Assembly (NCBI GenBank): GCA_964016885.1 | Contig: OZ024762.1 | Coordinates: 24,428,001 to 24,492,000, forward strand | From: Eledone cirrhosa | Taxonomy: Eukaryota | Reading direction: 5' to 3' | Length of the DNA: 64,000 nucleotides | In this document: positions 57,890 to 64,000 of the stretch, one piece after another | How positions within the stretch are numbered: position 1 is the stretch's first letter | Layout of the letters: each line of letters opens with the position of its first letter | Translations under genes and position numbers: made by a program | The notes under the pieces: model-generated | What the model was told of the DNA's origin: nothing | Seen by the model: the letters and a program-made list of their open reading frames with translations, nothing else | Database searches by the model: none

Positions 57890-58239
57890 GTAAGTTCAAT
57901 ACTACATTTGTAAACTTTATGTACTCTCTCTCTCTCTCTCTCTCTCACTTCTTCTCTCTTCCTTCTCTCTCTCTTTGAATCATTCTATTTCTCTTTATCA
58001 ATCTCTCTACTCTTATAATTCTCTCTCTATCTCTCTTTCTTCTCACATTTCCTGGCTCCCATCCCCCACCTGGGTCACATTATTTTTTTGCTCTCTCCAC
58101 CTGCACATTAAGCTACTAACTAACATTCTAACGTAACTTTCTCTCTATAACCATCCCCCTCTCTGCCCTCAGATGCAGGCACCATTTTCAAATTTAAAAA
58201 GCAAAACAAAAACATTTATTTCTCAGACTCAACTTCTTA

Positions 58240-58580
58240 ACTTACCACTTTAGCATTCAAACCAGCCGTATCCGGCCAGAATATTTTCACCACTTTCTGT
58301 TAAGAATGGCCATAACTGGCTGCTCATACTTATTTTAAGGTACTGTTCTCAAAATAAATGATATCAAAATTTCATAGATTCGATATATGTGAGATAAAAT
58401 GTTTACTGTGAAAATACAATAGTAAATATAGAAAAATGTAAATGCTAAAGGGTTAAACAAATTTATTTTGTTTTGTTCTCTCTGCATATCAATTAAGGGT
58501 TTCACCCTTTAGCATTTAAACCAGCCATATCCAGCTAGAATTCTCTCACCACTTTCTGTTCAAACCGGCTGTAACCAGCC
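58240..58580 (+). mobile_element. piggyBac MITE copy plus left-end fragment
   Basis: 58245-58456 ends aaatgctaaagggTTAA; second start at 58501. Confidence 0.75.
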
Positions 58581-58727
58581 AATCTATCTAGGAGAACAGA
58601 GGCTTCAATTAAATCATGACTTTATTTACAACAACCCATCAAACCCATGACAGTATGGAAAAGGGAGGCATTAAATTATGATGATAATGGTGATAATGAT
58701 GATGAAGGCGATGATGATGACAATGAT

Positions 58728-58918
58728 AATTGTTTCTAGTTTAGGCACAAGGCCAGGAATTACCCCAGTATATTACTGGTACTTTATTTTATCGACTCCG
58801 TAAGGATGACAGGCAAAGTTAAGTTCGGCAGGATGGGAACTCACAATGTGAAGGGCCATAACTCTATGCTTCACAACATGTTGTCCGACGCTCTACCGAT
58901 GCTGCCAATCCGCCGCCA
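58728..58918 (-). mobile_element. SINE family B
   Basis: Homologous to 13460-13650. Confidence 0.78.
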
Positions 58919-59999
58919 TTTGGTAATGATGGTGATGATGATCACTGATGATGACGAAGACGATGATGATGATGAAAATGGCAGTGCCGATGATTTATCT
59001 AATTTGTTATTTGTATAAGATAGTTTTTACACACACACACACACAGCCACACACAGACACACACACAGCCACACACAGACACACACACAGCCACACACAG
59101 ACACACACACAGCCACACACAGACACACACACAGCCACACACATTCTCTCCATAGCAACAAGAGAAGGATATTGAGAGAACTTCTAATCAAGAGAACCTC
59201 TTCTATACACTGAGTCTGAGAATAGGTGGCGCTACATACATTTACACACACATATATACACATACACATGTCCATGTATACACACATGTACATACTTCCC
59301 CACACACACAGCCACACATACATACATGTGCACACACACATCCATACGTACACACATTCACACACATGTACATACCCCCACACATACATACACGCACAAG
59401 CATACACACACAGAGGCATATGTACATACATTCACACACACATATATGCATAGGCACACATACACACAACCTCATATACCCATGTACATACACCCACACG
59501 CATATAAACGCACAGCTACACATACACCAACACGCACGCATATATACGCACAGCTACACATACACCATCACGCACGCATATATACGCACAGCTACACATA
59601 CACCATCACGCACGCATATATACGCACAGCTACACATACACCATCACGCACGCATATATACGCACAGCTACACATACACCAACACGCACGCGCACACAGC
59701 CACACATAAGCACACACACACACACATGTACATACAGTGACACCCAATCACAGACAGACGCAGATACACATACATACACACACATACACACACTCAATCA
59801 CACACACACACATCCACACACACATACAGACCTCTACACACAAGCCCTCTCTTGTAGAAATGGAGAATTTAGTAGTTTATAGTTAATAACTGGTAAGAGG
59901 GTTGCTTTTAACAAATGGTTGTGGTAACCTTTGCTGTATTTTACTATTTATTTATTTGGTTTATAAGCTTTTATTTTGGTCTTTTTTTTCTTTTATTTA

Positions 60000-60168
60000 C
60001 CGTATCTCCCGGCATCAAAGACACTACTTTTTCCTAAAATAAGTCTCAAAAATCTACCATGCATCCTGGAAGTTCAAGGTTGTTTATTACTTTTTTTTTC
60101 AAATTTTTGGTTGTCAAAATTAGAGTGCGTCCTCGAGGACAAAGTGTCTTCGGCGCTGGGAAATACGG
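60000..60168. mobile_element. Tc2/pogo-like MITE
   Basis: TA-CCGTATCTCCCGGC ... GCTGGGAAATACGG-TA. Confidence 0.7.
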
Positions 60169-60352
60169 TATTTATTTATTTAGTTTTTGCTTGGGGCTTG
60201 TCTGGTGATATATCGGTAAAGGTTATTTTTGCAATGAAATAATAATAATATTGAACAATATAAAAATTATATGTTTTGGTTTAAAACATTTACTGTCTTC
60301 GGAGAATAGTTTGTTTCATTAGAAGACCACAGAAATACAAATAGGACTTTAA

Positions 60353-60572
60353 CCCTTTAGCATTTAAACTGGCCGTATCTAGCCAGAATTCTCTCAACCT
60401 CTTTCTGTTCAAACTGGCTGTAACCGGCTGCTCATACTGATGTTACAGTATTGTTCTCAAAATAAATAATATCAAAATCTTAGATTCAATATTATATGAG
60501 GTAGTTATGTGAGGTTAAGCCTTTACCATGAAAATAAAATAGTAAATATAGCGTAATGTAAATGCTAAAGGG
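60353..60572 (+). mobile_element. piggyBac-type MITE (220 bp, complete)
   Basis: TTAA-CCCTTTAGCATTTA ... TAAATGCTAAAGGG-TTAA. Confidence 0.88.
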
Positions 60573-61238
60573 TTAAACATTTATAATAATAATGGTTTTT
60601 ACTATAGGCACAAGGCCAGCAATTTAAAATTAAAGTCTGATCTAAGCCAAAGGCTCATCAGACCAGTACTTATCCCTGGTTTCTGTGGCAAATGAGAGTA
60701 CAAGAATTTCCCTGGACAGGATGCCAGTCTATCTCAGGATTAACTTCCCACCTATTGCTGCTGGTACACATCTCAGTTAAGTGTACAGAAGCAATTTGAA
60801 ATAAAGTGTTTTGCGGCCAGTTCATTTGCATTCATTTGCTGTGGCCTTCTAATAAAAAACACAGTTTATTACAGTTTGCACAATGCTTCAAATAAACTAC
60901 TACACCTTTGTATTACTGTCGTCTACTAAAGAGGACTCATGTGGTAGAAATGTTGTTTCATGTATAGATGTATATGTGTGTGTATGTATAGTTGAATGCA
61001 TATATAGATGTGAAAGGACAGTACCACAAAAATGTTTAAGCTTTCTGAAGACATCTGAAAAATAATTAAGTATTGCATATGATTGAACAATATATATTGT
61101 AGTCAGCATATGTAGACTATTATATTAGACAAAGAAACATATGTTAAAGCCAATAGATTCTTACTTTTTCATCTTACTGAAGTCTATATTTTTCTTGGTG
61201 CTATACTTGCTTATATTATATGTATGTATGTATGTATG

Positions 61239-61285
<47 letters not shown>

Positions 61286-61710
61286 TTGTGTGTATATGTA
61301 TGGATATATATATATAGATGTATGTATGCGTGTGTGTGTATATGTACATGTCGATATATATATATGTATATGTGTGTGTATATATGTGTATGCATGTATG
61401 AGTGTGTGTGTATACGTATGTGTGGATATATATATTTATATATTTCTACAACTTACGATTCTGTAATAACAACACTAGTTTTATGCAACTTTCTACTGCA
61501 CCACTAGATGCATCTCTGTGCTCTTGCATTGCATATTGCATCTTCTTTTGTGGAATGTAGAATTATGTTTGTATAGATTGCATCAGTTTGTGCATTATTG
61601 TGAGATTTGATTACATTCGGTTGTATGCCCCCTTCTTATTTAAGTGTTTCCTCTATTATTTAGAATATCTATGATGTATGTAGAGTTATCCTATTGGCTG
61701 GTGATTTGGT

Positions 61711-63270
61711 TTTAATCCTTTAGCATTTAATGTTTTAGCATTTAAACCAGCCGTATCCAATTCTCTAAGAATTTCTGTTCAAACCAGCTGTAACTGGCTA
61801 CTCATACCAATGTTAATGTATTGTTCTCAAAACAAATAATATCAATATCTCATAGATTCAATATTATGGGAGATATTATGTGAGGTAAAACCTTTACCAT
61901 GAAAATGTAATAGTATATATAGAGTAATGTAAATTTTATGTGAGATATTATGTGAGGTAAAACCTTTACCATGAAAATACAATAGTATATATAGAGTAAT
62001 GTAAATGTTATGTGAGATATTATGTGAGGTAAAGACTTTACCATGAACATATAATAGTATATATAGAGTAATGTAGATGTTATGTGAGATATTATGTGAG
62101 GTAAAGCCTTTACTGTGACAATACAATAGTATATATAGAGTAATGTAAATGTTATGTGAGATATTATGTGAGGTAAAGCCTTTACTGTGACAATACAATA
62201 GTATATATATAGTAATGTAAATTGTATGTGAGATATTATGTGAGGTAAAGCCTTTACTGTGAAAATACAATAGTATATATAGAGTAATGTAAATGTTATG
62301 TGAGTTATTATGTGAGGTAAAGACTTTACCATGAAAATATAATAGTATATATAGAGTAATGTAAATGTTATGTGAGGTAAAGCCTTTACTGTGACAATAC
62401 AATAGTATATATAGAGTAATGTAAATGTTATGTGAGATATTATGTGAGGTGAAGCCTTTACTGTGAAAATACAATAGTATATATAGAGTAATGTAAATGT
62501 TATGTGAGATATTATGTGAGGTAAAGCCTTTACTGTGACAATACAATAGTATATATATAGTAATGTAAATGTTATGTGAGATATTATGTGAGGTAAAGCC
62601 TTTACTGTGAAAATACAATAGTATATATATAGTAATGTAAATTGTATGTGAGATATTATGTGAGGTAAAGCCTTTACTGTGACAATACAATAGTATATAT
62701 ATAGTAATGTAAATTGTATGTGAGATATTATGTGAGGTAAAGCCTTTACTGTGAAAATACAATAGTATATATAGAGTAATGTAAATGTTATGTGAGATAT
62801 TATGTGAGGTAAAGACTTAACTGTGAAAATACAATAGTATATATAGAGTAATGTAAATGTTATGTGAGATATTATGTGAGGTAAAGCCTTTACGATGAAA
62901 ATACAATAGTATATATAGAGTAATGTAAATGTTATGTGAGGTAAAGCCTTTACTGTGAAAATACAATAGTATATATAGAGTAATGTAAATGTTATGTGAG
63001 GTAAAGCCTTTACCATGAAAATACAATAGTATATATAGAGTAATGTAAATGTTATGTGAGGTAAAGCCTTTACTGTGACAATACAATAGTATAAATATAG
63101 AGTAATGTAAATGCTAAAGAGTTATACTGGCTATATATGGCCACAATTGTCTCACATCTTTCTGTTCATACCAGTGGTAACTGACCACTCATACTGATGT
63201 TAAGCTATTGTTCTCAAAATAAATAAATATCAATATCTCATAGATTCGATATTATATGATAAATTCTTTA
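61711..63270 (+). mobile_element. piggyBac MITE expanded by an internal 72/60-bp tandem array, plus adjacent fragment
   Basis: Left end near 61713-61745; about 18 units of tatgtgagatattatgtgaggtaaagcctttactgtgaaaatacaatagtatatatagagtaatgtaaatgt; right end aaatgctaaagagtta near 63110-63124. Confidence 0.85.
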
Positions 63271-63590
63271 TCATAAAAAAAAGTGTGTGTGTATTTGTAT
63301 ATGAATGTATGTTTAGAAAAGATGAGCAGAATTTGAAATTTCTGAGGTAGCTAGAAATTTTATGAAATTATTTGATTAGAGAAAATAATGTAAATGATAG
63401 AGCATAACCGACAAACAATGGACGTTAGCTCCTGGGGGACATAACACAAGTAGGATTAAATAAATATCACATTCTTCTCTCTTTTAACGAAAGAGTATTT
63501 TGACTGGCTTGTTTCATGTATCATAAAACAGCAAAACCTATATATACAATGATATTAAATAAATGGAAACTATATTTATAAAACCATATT

Positions 63591-63651
63591 TATTCTATTA
63601 CATATATTTCAAGGGTACCAAAACTTTGGTATGCTCTCATCAGATAAAATA
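63591..63651 (-). ncRNA. Minimal hammerhead ribozyme motif (left arm of palindrome)
   Basis: Reverse complement tattttat-CTGATGA-gagcataccaaagttttggtaccctt-GAAA-tatatg-TA-atagaata. Confidence 0.68.
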
Positions 63652-63793
63652 CAAAGTTTGTTTTATAAATTTTGACATAACACAAGTAGAAAAGATACCT
63701 TAACGGTTCAAGTTTTTCTTGGATATCCAAGAAAAACTTGAACTGTTAAGGTATCTTTTCTTGGTTATGTCAACATTTATAAAACAAACTTTG

Positions 63794-63854
63794 TATTTTA
63801 TCTGATGAGAGCGTACCAAAGTTTTGGTACCCTTGAAATATACGTAATAGAATA
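63794..63854 (+). ncRNA. Minimal hammerhead ribozyme motif (right arm of palindrome)
   Basis: tattttat-CTGATGA-gagcgtaccaaagttttggtaccctt-GAAA-tatacg-TA-atagaata. Confidence 0.7.
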
Positions 63855-64000
63855 AATATAGTTTCCATTTATTTAATATCTTTGCATATTATACTCCAGA
63901 AAATTTGTCGAGTGGTCTGAACCAGTTATAAACATTTATATTTGTTGAATTACCAACAAATTGAATATCCCTTTTGCTTATATATATATATATATATATA

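Larger units (their letters stand above)
63551..63880. repeat. Long palindrome with loop-less centre (ttggatatccaa)
   Basis: gatattaaataaatggaaac...gtttccatttatttaatatc; symmetry centre at 63724/63725. Confidence 0.95.

Noticed and set aside
60920-60960. Additional hammerhead (ctaaaga...gaaatgtt)
   Set aside because: Core and stems too degenerate to support
61842-63086. 306-aa and 388-aa ORFs
   Set aside because: Translations of the 72/60-bp MITE-derived array

Overview
Eukaryotic, AT-rich, microsatellite-saturated DNA. The (TA)n/(CA)n/(GAT)n background and tRNA-derived SINE families suggest an octopus or other coleoid cephalopod (inference). The only host coding sequence I can support is two short + strand exons of an RBFOX (Fox-1/A2BP1) RRM gene, 45880-46026 and 57836-57889; most of the window is therefore probably large introns of this gene. 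Nearly all ORF-track entries are repeat artefacts. The rest is a dense mobile-element landscape: two tRNA-derived SINE families, a decayed RTE LINE 3' end, a piggyBac-type MITE family, maT (DD37D) and mariner relics, Tc1/pogo and hAT MITEs, and several minisatellites that visibly grew out of these elements. The most striking unexplained structure is about ten minimal type-I hammerhead ribozyme-like motifs. Six of them sit as sense/antisense pairs in the arms of long foldback palindromes that share a flanking motif, pointing to a Penelope-like or retrozyme-like family. A tight TGCATG cluster in the RRM intron suggests RBFOX autoregulation. Repeat boundaries were placed by eye and are approximate.
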